Source: an uncultured Alistipes sp.
GTDB taxonomy: Bacteria; Bacillota; Clostridia; Oscillospirales; Ruminococcaceae
Assembly (NCBI GenBank): GCA_964414745.1
Contig: CAYPXB010000001.1
Span: 140,682-204,681 of the forward strand
Direction of reading: 5' to 3'
Length of the DNA stretch: 64,000 nucleotides
In this document: piece after piece, positions 9,104 to 17,829 of the stretch
How the letters are laid out: each line of letters opens with the position of its first letter
How positions within the stretch are numbered: the first letter of the stretch is position 1
The notes under the pieces: model-generated
What the model was told of the DNA's origin: nothing
Database searches by the model: none
What the model saw: only the letters and a program-made list of their open reading frames with translations
Program-made: the position numbers and the translations under genes

Positions 9104-10102
9104 ATGGAAAATCCCGATATCTTATATATGGTGCTGCCGTGTTATAATGAGGAAGAAGTCCTTCATGAAACAGCGCGGCGGCTCAAAGAAAAATACGAAT
9201 CGCTGATCGCGAGGAAAATGATCTCGCCCGACAGCCGTGTTGTGTTCGTAAACGACGGATCAAAAGACAAGACATGGGAAATAATAAAAGAGCTTCACGA
9301 GAGCAGTCCGGAATTTTTTTCCGGAATAAATCTCGCTCACAACAGCGGCCACCAGAACGCTGTTCTCGCGGGTCTTATGACCGTCAAAGATATTTGTGAT
9401 ATGGCAATTTCGATGGATGCCGATCTTCAGGATGATATAGACACGATCGACGCCATGGTCGAAAAATACTACGAGGGCAATCAGGTAGTCTACGGAGTCA
9501 GGAGCGAGCGAAAGACAGATACTTTTTTCAAACGCTTCACAGCGGAGGCTTTTTACAAGTTTATGAAGCTTATGGGCGCGGATGTGATATACAACCATGC
9601 GGATTTTCGTCTTATGAGCAGGCGTGTGCTTCAGGAACTGTCGGGCTACAAGGAAGTCAATCTCTTTCTGAGAGGACTTGTGCCGCTTATCGGATTTCAG
9701 AGCACAAGCGTTTACTACGAACGCCACGAGCGTTTTGCCGGTGAGAGCAAGTACCCGTTCAAAAAAATGCTCAGTTTCGCGATAAACGGGATCACATCGT
9801 TCAGTGTAAAACCGCTGAAATTCATAACCGGACTCGGATTTCTGATGACATTTGTCAGCGCGATCGCGTTTATATGGGCATTCATATCAAAAATTGTCGG
9901 ACATACCGAACTCGGCTGGTCAAGCATCGTCTGCTCGATATGGCTCATCGGTGGAATACAGCTTATGTGTCTCGGAATTATCGGAGAGTATATCGGAAAG
10001 ATCTATGCCGAAGTAAAGCAGAGGCCGAGATTTATCGTTGCGGATTTTCTGAATGATCTCGGTGTCGAAACACTTGAAACAAAGAATGAAGAATCAAAAT
10101 AA
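9104..10102 (+). CDS. GT2 polyprenyl-phosphate glycosyltransferase (GtrB/CsbB-like)
   Basis: LPCYNEEEVL N-terminus, DADLQDD (DXD) motif, and two C-terminal TM helices. 332 aa. This is the architecture of the GtrB/CsbB family. Confidence 0.85.
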   Translation: MENPDILYMVLPCYNEEEVLHETARRLKEKYESLIARKMISPDSRVVFVNDGSKDKTWEIIKELHESSPEFFSGINLAHNSGHQNAVLAGLMTVKDICDMAISMDADLQDDIDTIDAMVEKYYEGNQVVYGVRSERKTDTFFKRFTAEAFYKFMKLMGADVIYNHADFRLMSRRVLQELSGYKEVNLFLRGLVPLIGFQSTSVYYERHERFAGESKYPFKKMLSFAINGITSFSVKPLKFITGLGFLMTFVSAIAFIWAFISKIVGHTELGWSSIVCSIWLIGGIQLMCLGIIGEYIGKIYAEVKQRPRFIVADFLNDLGVETLETKNEESK

Positions 10103-10113
10103 AAATAAAATAG

Positions 10114-10151
10114 GCTGTGTATCCGATCTGTTTCCGATACACAGCTTTTTT
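10114..10151. terminator. Bidirectional intrinsic terminator between convergent genes
   Basis: Hairpin gctgtgtatc...gatacacagc followed by a T-run, with an A-rich 5' flank. It overlaps the stop codon of the minus-strand GDPD gene. Confidence 0.7.
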
Positions 10152-11964
10152 ATACTCCGAATATCTTTTTCAGAAAGACAAGCGCAAAATCGCTTTTACC
10201 GTATGAATAGACTGATTCCATCGCAATATCAGGGCGGTCGGTTATGATATTGTCAACGCCTATATCGATCATACGCTCAATATCGTCACGGCTGTTCACC
10301 GTCCAGACAAAAACATCTTTGCCGCATTTATGGGCTTCTGTAACGGTGTTCTGGTTGACGAACAGGTAATTCACACTGATGGCGTCGATATACTTCAGCT
10401 GGGAGAGCACCGCTGTTGAGGCAATATTCGCTATCAGAGCGGTCTTTATGGATTTGTTCGTCTTTTTTACGGTTTCAAGAGCGGGATATGAAAAAGAAGT
10501 AACATAGCAAGAATCCGTAAAGTTGTACTCATCAAGCATTTCAGCCGTTTTCCGCGCTGTGTCCTTGACGTCTCCGGAATCTTTTATTTCAATATTCAGC
10601 ATTATGTTGTTATCGGCCATTTCAAGCACTTCGGAGAGAAGCATTATCTTGGCGTCCGAGAAGTCGCCCTTTTTGAACCAGCTTCCCGCGGAAAGGTCGG
10701 ACAGTTCGCTGTAGCTGTAGTCCGAAACGTTGCCGATACCGTTTGTTGTCCGGTCAAGGGTGCTGTCATGGATCACGACAAGCTGACCGTCGGAGGACTG
10801 CTGAACATCAAGTTCGATATAATCCGTGCCTATATTTATGGCTTCTTCGAACGAATAATATGTATTTTCGGGAGCTACATAAGAGTAACCGCGGTGGGCA
10901 GTGAGCTGCGGCATACTGAATACACCGAGATTTATTCCTATATTGCCCCTGTATATTCCCTTTATATATGAAAAATTCAGAAATATACATACGGCAGACA
11001 GAGAGATTGCCAGAAAAATTTTGAGAGATCTCGGGAGTTTCTCTCTTTCCTGTTTAGGAAACTGTAAAGTTTCGCTGTCCTTCACATCATCAAAAAATTT
11101 TGATGTTATGAAACACATCAGAACAGGAGCCGCTATTACGGACGAAACGGCTGCAAAAATCTTTCCGGCATACCTGAGTATGCTGAGCGCGGATAAAAGA
11201 GCTTCATTTGGTTGAGACAGACCGTTTCTCAGAAGCAGTACGATAAAACTCGGAACGAATGTCACGATGGCGGCCATGGCGGCGAGAAGAATGCTCCACC
11301 AGAGTATGCCGAGGAAGATGCGCAGTTTCTGATCTGACAGCAGCTGCCGGCTTTTTTTCAGACTGTCGGCGAAACTGTAGTCTGTAAGCATGAGAAAATG
11401 TATACAGTAGCAGCGGTCAGAAAGGAAGATAAGAAGGAGAATTGCCACAAGTATCGCGAGTATGACACAAAGCACCGGATTAAACAGTGTGGATACGCGC
11501 TGTACCATAGGAGTCAGAGGCGCGAAGAAAATACCCGAAGACAGTGTAAGCTGTATCATTGGTATGATAAAAACAAATCCGATCAGGCGCGGTATGTCTT
11601 TCATACGGATATTTTTTGAGAATATCCTGACGCCCGAGATGAGCATATCCGATATTTTTATCTTTCTTTGAGAAATGCGGCATGAGTAGCATAAAGTAAG
11701 AGCCGAGAGCTCTATGACCGAAAAGAAGGCCACAAGAAGGAGTATGGCGAGAAAGATAACCCATGTCAGAGGATGGAGCAAAAGTTTTACGATATTTTCA
11801 AAAGAAAGATAAGCAACACCCGCACTGTTCATGGCGATCCTCAGCAGCAGATTCAGCAAAGGTGCGCCAAAAGCCGAAAGAATAAGTTTATACAACAGCT
11901 CAAATACAAGTATCTGCGGAAAGCTTTTTATAAGCAGGCCGGCGGATCTGAAAAAATTTTTCAT
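10150..11964 (-). CDS. Membrane-domain glycerophosphodiester phosphodiesterase
   Basis: The N-terminal ~330 aa are polytopic. The C-terminus carries the GDPD catalytic signature HRGYSYVAPENT...ELDVQQSSDGQLVVIHD. Confidence 0.8.
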   Translation of the reverse strand: MKNFFRSAGLLIKSFPQILVFELLYKLILSAFGAPLLNLLLRIAMNSAGVAYLSFENIVKLLLHPLTWVIFLAILLLVAFFSVIELSALTLCYSCRISQRKIKISDMLISGVRIFSKNIRMKDIPRLIGFVFIIPMIQLTLSSGIFFAPLTPMVQRVSTLFNPVLCVILAILVAILLLIFLSDRCYCIHFLMLTDYSFADSLKKSRQLLSDQKLRIFLGILWWSILLAAMAAIVTFVPSFIVLLLRNGLSQPNEALLSALSILRYAGKIFAAVSSVIAAPVLMCFITSKFFDDVKDSETLQFPKQEREKLPRSLKIFLAISLSAVCIFLNFSYIKGIYRGNIGINLGVFSMPQLTAHRGYSYVAPENTYYSFEEAINIGTDYIELDVQQSSDGQLVVIHDSTLDRTTNGIGNVSDYSYSELSDLSAGSWFKKGDFSDAKIMLLSEVLEMADNNIMLNIEIKDSGDVKDTARKTAEMLDEYNFTDSCYVTSFSYPALETVKKTNKSIKTALIANIASTAVLSQLKYIDAISVNYLFVNQNTVTEAHKCGKDVFVWTVNSRDDIERMIDIGVDNIITDRPDIAMESVYSYGKSDFALVFLKKIFGV

Positions 11965-12686
11965 TCAATACTTCTTTCCTGAATTTTCAGAGCAGTCTCA
12001 AGAGCTATTTCCATCATATCACGGAATGATGTCTGCCTTTCCGCGGGTGTGGTCGAAGTTCCTTTAAGGTGACAGTCCGACACGGTAAGTATGCACAGGG
12101 CGTTCTTTTTCGCGCGCGCGGCATTCATATAGAGCGCCGCCGATTCCATCTCAACAGCAAGCACGCCCATTTTCAGCCATTTTGAGAGACTTTGGCTGTC
12201 ATCATAGAATGTATCGCTCGACAGAACATTTCCGACATGATAAGTGCAGTTTTTTTCATCTGCCGCCGAGACAGCCGCCGATATAAGTTTCCATGAAGCG
12301 GTTGGGGCGTATGTTCCGGGCAGTCCGAACTGCGCGGCGTAGTTTGAGTTTGTGCTTGCGCTGAGAGCGATGATGACATCACGGATATCAACACTTTCGT
12401 CAATTCCCCCGGCTGTGCCTATGCGGATTATGTTGTCAACATCGTATTCGTTGAAAAGCTCCCACGAATAGATTCCGATCGACGGAATACCCATTCCGCT
12501 TCCCTGAACTGATACGGGAATACCCTTGTATTTTCCCGTATAGCCGAGCATTCCGCGTATTTCATTGTAGCAGACCGCGTCATCAAGATATGTTTCCGCG
12601 ATGAATTTTGCCCTCAGCGGGTCGCCGGGCATGAGCACCGTTTTTGCTATGTCGCCTTTATTTGCGCTGTTATGAGGTGTAGGCAT
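11961..12686 (-). CDS. deoD: Purine nucleoside phosphorylase, DeoD type
   Basis: MPTPHNSANKGDIAKTVLMPGDPLRAKFIAETYL parallels the E. coli DeoD N-terminus. GGAG lies 8 nt before this ATG. Its stop overlaps the downstream start (ATGA). Confidence 0.92.
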   Translation of the reverse strand: MPTPHNSANKGDIAKTVLMPGDPLRAKFIAETYLDDAVCYNEIRGMLGYTGKYKGIPVSVQGSGMGIPSIGIYSWELFNEYDVDNIIRIGTAGGIDESVDIRDVIIALSASTNSNYAAQFGLPGTYAPTASWKLISAAVSAADEKNCTYHVGNVLSSDTFYDDSQSLSKWLKMGVLAVEMESAALYMNAARAKKNALCILTVSDCHLKGTSTTPAERQTSFRDMMEIALETALKIQERSIE

Positions 12687-12727
12687 GATCTTCACTCCGA
12701 TTCCGTTATTATTGCTGTTATACTATT

Positions 12728-12756
12728 ATTATACACAAAAACTTCTGAAAAAACAA
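12728..12756 (-). promoter_or_regulatory. Possible promoter for deoD (weak -35)
   Basis: The minus strand reads TTGTTT, 17 nt, TATAAT. It partly overlaps the descending arm of the upstream terminator hairpin. Confidence 0.4.
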
Positions 12757-12774
12757 CCTGTTTTTCAGAAGTTT
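12732..12774 (-). terminator. Intrinsic terminator after the YtrA-ABC operon
   Basis: 14-bp stem (aaacttctgaaaaa / tttttcagaagttt), 8-nt loop, then TTTTGTG on the minus strand. Confidence 0.7.
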
Positions 12775-12825
12775 GTGCTTAAAAATTCATATTATTCCGT
12801 TTTTTTATGAATAGTTGTCTGATCC

Positions 12826-15123
12826 TTAATAATAAACATAATAGTCGTAATTGTCATCATAATAATCGTAACCGTTATAGAACATATCTTTGTCTCCGCT
12901 GTTAAGTTTGACGAGGTCTTCCATCAGTTCATCATTTTCTTCATTTTTCGGCAGGTACAAAAATGTACATGAACTGCTCGTCATATATTGTGAATCCTCA
13001 TAATAGTAGCTGTCATAACTTGTGAGTATTATTATTCCCGACACTTCGGAATCATATACGTACGGCTGAGCTTTTTCGATTGCCGAGCGTGTAAGATCGT
13101 TATGCAGGGCGGAGCGGCTGAAATATTCCGAATCGATATTTTCACAGTACGGTTCGGGGATCGAACTTATTTTTTTGTCATCCCGGTGGTATGGTCCGGT
13201 ATACTGCGACGAAGACGGATCATCAGAATCATCTTCCTGCAGTCTTCCGAAACAGTGGCGGGAGAAATAATTATCCACGAAGCAGACTCTCATTGTGTCG
13301 GCGACAATTTCATAGTCGATACCGGGCACCTTGAGATCTTCTTTTTCAAGAGCCTTTATCGTGTTTGTAAAGCACTCACGGATCTCGCATTCGTTTATAT
13401 ATCCGATCACCGGTGATGATTCCAGATCCTCCTCAGTCATATTGACGACATCTTCATAATACGCGTCGGCTATTTCTGACGCTACTTTTCTCTGAACCGT
13501 TTTAGTTGTTCCGTTGTCAGGCAGGAGTTTATCTGTAAGCCGTATATCTGACGAAAACGAAGATTCATTGAATCTGTTTGCCTCGGCCATGATGGTCTTT
13601 CTGCAATTTTCCGCATACTCCGGAGAAATAAGGATGCTTTTTGTAAGATCGTTAAGTACCTGCGCGTTCGCCTCATACATACGGTATGACAGCGCCGTAC
13701 CGGATTTCATGTAGTATGTTATCCAGATGTTGGTACTATCTGTTATTTCGAGCTTTTCGGACGGAATATAGCCGGAATCATCAGCGCTTTCACCGTCGTC
13801 ACCGATGTAGTACATATCCTTCAGCATTTTATGCGACTTTGTCGTGTTTCTGATAACGTCCCTGTCCCTGAATGTTATATTACTGATATTGCCGTTTCCG
13901 CCGTAGGTCAGAGTCACCATATCAACAGTCGAGGCATTCGGGACATAGTGGCCGAAACGGAAACCTTCGGTCGATTTGCATATTTCGCAGAACGCGATCA
14001 CCACCGCGACTGTCACCGCGAAGTTTATCACGGAGATCCAGAACTTTCTGAAGCCCCTTCTCGTGATGACCTCGAGTATAAAGTAGATTATCGCGCACAA
14101 AAAGACGCTTGCCACGACGATGCCGCCGAACGAGATCGTAAGCGAGAGAATGCAGTACACTCCCAGCGCCTTTATCACCGTGTAGAATGATTTGTAAACA
14201 TACGGTTTTGATACACTTTCGGCTTTTCTGTGTTTGTAAAGGAAGTATGACAGAATGGTAAATACCGCGATGACCGCCAGTGAGAATACAAGCCATCTTA
14301 TATAGTTATAGTTTGCGAAATCATCGGTTGACTCCGAAAACGACGAGTTGTTCACAAAAGTTATCAGATAAAACACCGCGCCGAACGGGGAAGTGGACAG
14401 AAACAGCGGAGAGAACAGCATTGATTCACCCCCCTGAAATCCGAAGTCACAAAATATCTCTATCATCGTATATGTACAAGCCACGGCTCCGGGGATCAGG
14501 GCATTCAGAGCGATACAACCGAATATTGACTCAAACGAGCTTCCGCAGCAGACCGTCACAAGAACGGTGAGGGAAAAATACAGAAGCATACCTATATAGA
14601 TTATGAGTACTGCTTTTAAGAATATCCATATGTTTTCCCAGAAAACCGACAGATCGACGACCGCCGATCCGCAGCCGGCTATCAGCAGACCGAGAAGAAG
14701 AGCGGCCACTGCCGGCACCATATATATGATAAGACCGGAAAGATAGTTCGAGAAGAACCTCTGGCGAGAGGTTAGCGGCAACGAATAGTTCATGTCCACG
14801 AGGGTCTTTTTGTACAGATACTTGAAACTGCTTCTCGCGATGACTATGCCCGAAAGTATGCTTATGCAGATAGCCACGATCGAAACGGTGATAAGAGACA
14901 TAAGCAGCGTATCGATGTATGAGACCGGTATTACATTATGTTCATCAATATATAACCTGATAACGACGGCCAGGACTATGAGCGGAAAACCGACAAGCTG
15001 AAGGGCTGAATTAACGATAAGCAGCGTGCGGTCGGAGATAAGACCGTTTTTTAAATTCGTACCGAAAAAACTTTTTTTAGGAGTTGATGTCACTGCTGTC
15101 ATATCCGAGCGCCTCCAGTTCAT
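12826..15123 (-). CDS. Polytopic membrane protein (putative ABC permease partner) fused to a large unassigned soluble domain
   Basis: Many hydrophobic segments run through roughly the first 395 aa. About 370 aa of hydrophilic Cys/Tyr/Asp/Glu-rich sequence follow, ending in NGYDYYDDNYDYYVYY. The gene overlaps the upstream ABC ATPase gene. The start could be 15123 or 15102. Confidence 0.6.
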   Translation of the reverse strand: MNWRRSDMTAVTSTPKKSFFGTNLKNGLISDRTLLIVNSALQLVGFPLIVLAVVIRLYIDEHNVIPVSYIDTLLMSLITVSIVAICISILSGIVIARSSFKYLYKKTLVDMNYSLPLTSRQRFFSNYLSGLIIYMVPAVAALLLGLLIAGCGSAVVDLSVFWENIWIFLKAVLIIYIGMLLYFSLTVLVTVCCGSSFESIFGCIALNALIPGAVACTYTMIEIFCDFGFQGGESMLFSPLFLSTSPFGAVFYLITFVNNSSFSESTDDFANYNYIRWLVFSLAVIAVFTILSYFLYKHRKAESVSKPYVYKSFYTVIKALGVYCILSLTISFGGIVVASVFLCAIIYFILEVITRRGFRKFWISVINFAVTVAVVIAFCEICKSTEGFRFGHYVPNASTVDMVTLTYGGNGNISNITFRDRDVIRNTTKSHKMLKDMYYIGDDGESADDSGYIPSEKLEITDSTNIWITYYMKSGTALSYRMYEANAQVLNDLTKSILISPEYAENCRKTIMAEANRFNESSFSSDIRLTDKLLPDNGTTKTVQRKVASEIADAYYEDVVNMTEEDLESSPVIGYINECEIRECFTNTIKALEKEDLKVPGIDYEIVADTMRVCFVDNYFSRHCFGRLQEDDSDDPSSSQYTGPYHRDDKKISSIPEPYCENIDSEYFSRSALHNDLTRSAIEKAQPYVYDSEVSGIIILTSYDSYYYEDSQYMTSSSCTFLYLPKNEENDELMEDLVKLNSGDKDMFYNGYDYYDDNYDYYVYY

Positions 15124-16003
15124 ATATGAATATCTCCTCGAGCGTCAGCGGAATTATCTCAAGAAGAAGCGGATTTTCCGTGGCAAAAGCCTTGCGTATG
15201 TGTTCCTCGTCGCCTTTTGCGATTATGTAATAAATACTTTGGTTTTTCTCAAAATGCAACACATCCGGCACAATAGCTTTTATCTGTTCGAATGTATAAT
15301 TCTTCGGCGAGCCGTCACTCTCGGGAGGAAATACAGCCTGTATCTTGTGAACGCCGCCTTTTACGCTGTCGATATCATGAGAGAATATGATCTTCCCGCT
15401 GTGCAGGAGAGCGACGCTGTCGCAGACTTCGTTTATTTCCTTTAGATTGTGCGAGGAGATAACGGTCGTAAGATCCCGGTCGATCATGGCGTCGACAAGC
15501 ATTTTTTTCACGATGATCCGCATCGTGGGGTCAAGTCCGTCAAATGCCTCATCGAGGAACAGATATTTCGTGCGGCAGGCAAGCGCGATTATAACGACAG
15601 CCTGTCTTTTCATTCCCTTTGAGAAATCACTGATCCTCTTGTTTAGGGGCAGATTTATTTTGTTTCTGAGTGACTCAAAAAGCTCCTCCGAGAACTGCGG
15701 ATAATAGCTTTTGTAGAAATTTTTGAGTTTTTTAAGCGTAAAAGAGGAGAACTGGACAGTTTCATCGTTTATGAAGAAAAGATCCTGTTTAACCCTCACA
15801 TTGTCATATACTTTTTCCCCGTCGATGATAACTTCACCGCCGTCGGGACGGTATATCCCCGAAAGAAGCCGCAGGACAGTGGATTTGCCAGCGCCGTTCG
15901 AGCCCAGCAGTCCGAAAGCCGTCCCTGTCTCGATCCTGAGGTCGATCCCGTCAAGAGCCATAAAGCTGTCAAAGCGCTTGACCGTCTTTTTAAGTTCAAT
16001 CAT
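15077..16003 (-). CDS. ABC transporter ATP-binding protein (YtrB-like)
   Basis: Walker A GSNGAGKST, signature FSKGMKRQ, Walker B LFLDEAFDGLD. It overlaps the GntR gene by 8 nt. Confidence 0.9.
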   Translation of the reverse strand: MIELKKTVKRFDSFMALDGIDLRIETGTAFGLLGSNGAGKSTVLRLLSGIYRPDGGEVIIDGEKVYDNVRVKQDLFFINDETVQFSSFTLKKLKNFYKSYYPQFSEELFESLRNKINLPLNKRISDFSKGMKRQAVVIIALACRTKYLFLDEAFDGLDPTMRIIVKKMLVDAMIDRDLTTVISSHNLKEINEVCDSVALLHSGKIIFSHDIDSVKGGVHKIQAVFPPESDGSPKNYTFEQIKAIVPDVLHFEKNQSIYYIIAKGDEEHIRKAFATENPLLLEIIPLTLEEIFIYELEALGYDSSDINS

Positions 16004-16364
16004 TTTTAATTTCCTCCGTAATTTTGTCTATGCGATCTTTGAGATCCTCTGCGGAGATCCCCCTGTTTATCGCGTCGGCCACCGTTTTGTCGAATCCGTC
16101 CAGAATAACAGACCGGAACAGTTCCGCGTCCGGTTTCGCGATAAAGCTGCCCCTGCCCGGAAGCGAGTAGATTATACCGTTTCTCTCAAGCTCCTGATAG
16201 GCCTTAGCCACGGTGTTCGGATTTACGCCGACATCTTTCGCGAAATTCCGGACGCTCGGTATCTGGTCGTTTTCCTTGAGGGTACCTTTTATTATCAGTT
16301 CGATGATCTTTTTATATATCTGTTCATAGATCGGAATACGGCTTGTGAGATCTATAGTGAACAT
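15996..16364 (-). CDS. ytrA: GntR-family transcriptional repressor, YtrA subfamily (short effector domain)
   Basis: IPIYEQIYKKIIELIIKGTLKENDQIPSVRNFAKDVGVNPNTVAKAYQELE is a GntR winged HTH, and the protein is only about 122 aa. AAGGAG lies 8 nt before the ATG at 16364. The ORF-track start at 16397 lies inside the operator. Confidence 0.85.
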   Translation of the reverse strand: MFTIDLTSRIPIYEQIYKKIIELIIKGTLKENDQIPSVRNFAKDVGVNPNTVAKAYQELERNGIIYSLPGRGSFIAKPDAELFRSVILDGFDKTVADAINRGISAEDLKDRIDKITEEIKND

Positions 16365-16386
16365 ATGGTCATCTCCTTTGTGTAGC

Positions 16387-16413
16387 AAGTGTACCATATC
16401 TTTTATTACACTT
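16387..16413 (-). promoter_or_regulatory. Inverted-repeat operator AAGTGTA-N13-TACACTT (YtrA-box-like)
   Basis: Perfect 7-nt arms at 16387-16393 and 16407-16413, immediately downstream of the -10. As I recall, the B. subtilis YtrA site is AGTGTA-13 bp-TACACT, which this matches. Confidence 0.6.
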
Positions 16414-16415
16414 AT

Positions 16416-16444
16416 ATTATAGCACCGTCATCTGAGTTTGTCAA
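16416..16444 (-). promoter_or_regulatory. SigA-type promoter of the ytrA-like operon
   Basis: The minus strand reads TTGACA, 17 nt, TATAAT. Confidence 0.75.
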
Positions 16445-16477
16445 CAAAAAAAGCAGAACATTTTTATGCTCTGCTTT
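16444..16477 (-). terminator. Intrinsic terminator after dnaJ
   Basis: On the minus strand, hairpin aagcaga...tctgctt followed by a 7-T run. Confidence 0.7.
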
Positions 16478-16491
16478 ATAATTGAGATATA

Positions 16492-17649
16492 TCAGATCTT
16501 CTGGTCGAGTTTTTCCTTGAGTTTTTCAAAGAAACTCTGCCTTTTTGCGTAGTTTTTATCATTGAGTGAGTCCTCAAACGCCTTCAGGAGGTCTTTCTGC
16601 TTTTTTGTGAGGTTCTTCGGGACTTCGACAACGATCTTGACATACTGGTTTCCTCTGTCCGTGTGGTTGACTCTTTTTACGCCCTTTCCTTTCAGACGGA
16701 ATATCGTGTCCGTCTGGGTTCCTTCGCCTATCGTATACTTGACGTTTCCGTCAATCGTCGGAACAGTTATCTCGTCACCGAGGACAGCCTGAGCGTACGT
16801 TATCGGTATCTCGCAGTGAATATCGTTTCCTTCACGGGTGAACAGGGGGTGAGGCTTTACGGATACAAGGACAATAAGATCTCCGGGAGGGCCTCCGTTC
16901 ACACCGACATCTCCCTGACCGGAAAGTCTTATCTTCTGACCGTCCGCAATACCCTCGGGAATATCGACATTTACAGTCCTGATTGATTTTATCCTGCCGG
17001 TTCCTCTGCATTTGCCGCACGGATTTTTTACGATCTTGCCTTTGCCTCCGCAGTGCGGGCAGACTTTCGTCGATGAGATCATACCGAACGGCGTTCTTTG
17101 CGTCGCCTTTATCGAACCTCGTCCCTGACAATCCGGGCATACTTCGGTGGTCGTGTTTTCATCGGCTCCCGAACCGTTGCAGGAGTCGCAGATGACCATA
17201 CGGTTTATCTTCATTTCCTGCCTTTTGCCGCGGCACGCCTCCATAAATTCGATGACTACGGAGACATTTATATCCGCGCCTCTTTTGGGTGTGTTTGTCG
17301 TTGATTTTGTTCCGGAACCGTTGAAACCGAAGCCTCCGAAAAAGCCCTCGAGTATATCTCCGACATCTCCGAATCCGCCGAATCCGCTAAAGTCACCCGT
17401 GCCTGCCGCCCCGTATGACGGGTCGACTCCGGCATGACCGAACTGGTCGTAACGCTGCCTCTTTTCAGCATCAGAAAGAACTTCATAGGCCTCGTTTACT
17501 TCCTTGAATTTCTCCTCGCAGTCGGGGTCATCCGGGTGCAGATCCGGGTGGTATTCTCTTGCTTTTTTCTTAAACGCTTTTTTGATCTCATCTTCCGAAG
17601 CGTCCTTCTGGATGCCGAGTACTTCATAATAATCTCTTTTTTCTGCCAT
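16492..17649 (-). CDS. dnaJ: Molecular chaperone DnaJ
   Basis: J-domain KRDYYEVLG...HPD, a G/F-rich linker, and four CxxCxGxG zinc motifs. GAGGAG lies before the ATG at 17649. Confidence 0.97.
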   Translation of the reverse strand: MAEKRDYYEVLGIQKDASEDEIKKAFKKKAREYHPDLHPDDPDCEEKFKEVNEAYEVLSDAEKRQRYDQFGHAGVDPSYGAAGTGDFSGFGGFGDVGDILEGFFGGFGFNGSGTKSTTNTPKRGADINVSVVIEFMEACRGKRQEMKINRMVICDSCNGSGADENTTTEVCPDCQGRGSIKATQRTPFGMISSTKVCPHCGGKGKIVKNPCGKCRGTGRIKSIRTVNVDIPEGIADGQKIRLSGQGDVGVNGGPPGDLIVLVSVKPHPLFTREGNDIHCEIPITYAQAVLGDEITVPTIDGNVKYTIGEGTQTDTIFRLKGKGVKRVNHTDRGNQYVKIVVEVPKNLTKKQKDLLKAFEDSLNDKNYAKRQSFFEKLKEKLDQKI

Positions 17650-17829
17650 ATACATTCTCCTCAAAACGGTATGCCGGAAACAGGCTTTTTCAAAAAGCGG
17701 CCTCGGGCCGGTAATTTTCGCACATACACACCTTTAGGGCGAAAGATCATTTCGCCCGAAAAAGTGTATTAAGCGCCGCGTTCGGCGTGAATCCGATCCG
17801 GATATATCCGAAATACAGATATTGTTCCG

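Noticed and set aside
17665-17829. 165-nt dnaK-dnaJ spacer as a possible ncRNA or attenuator (hairpin gggcgaaa...tttcgccc)
   Set aside because: The hairpin has no T-run on the transcribed strand and there is no promoter motif. Spacers of this size are common in dnaK operons, so there is no specific evidence for a separate element.
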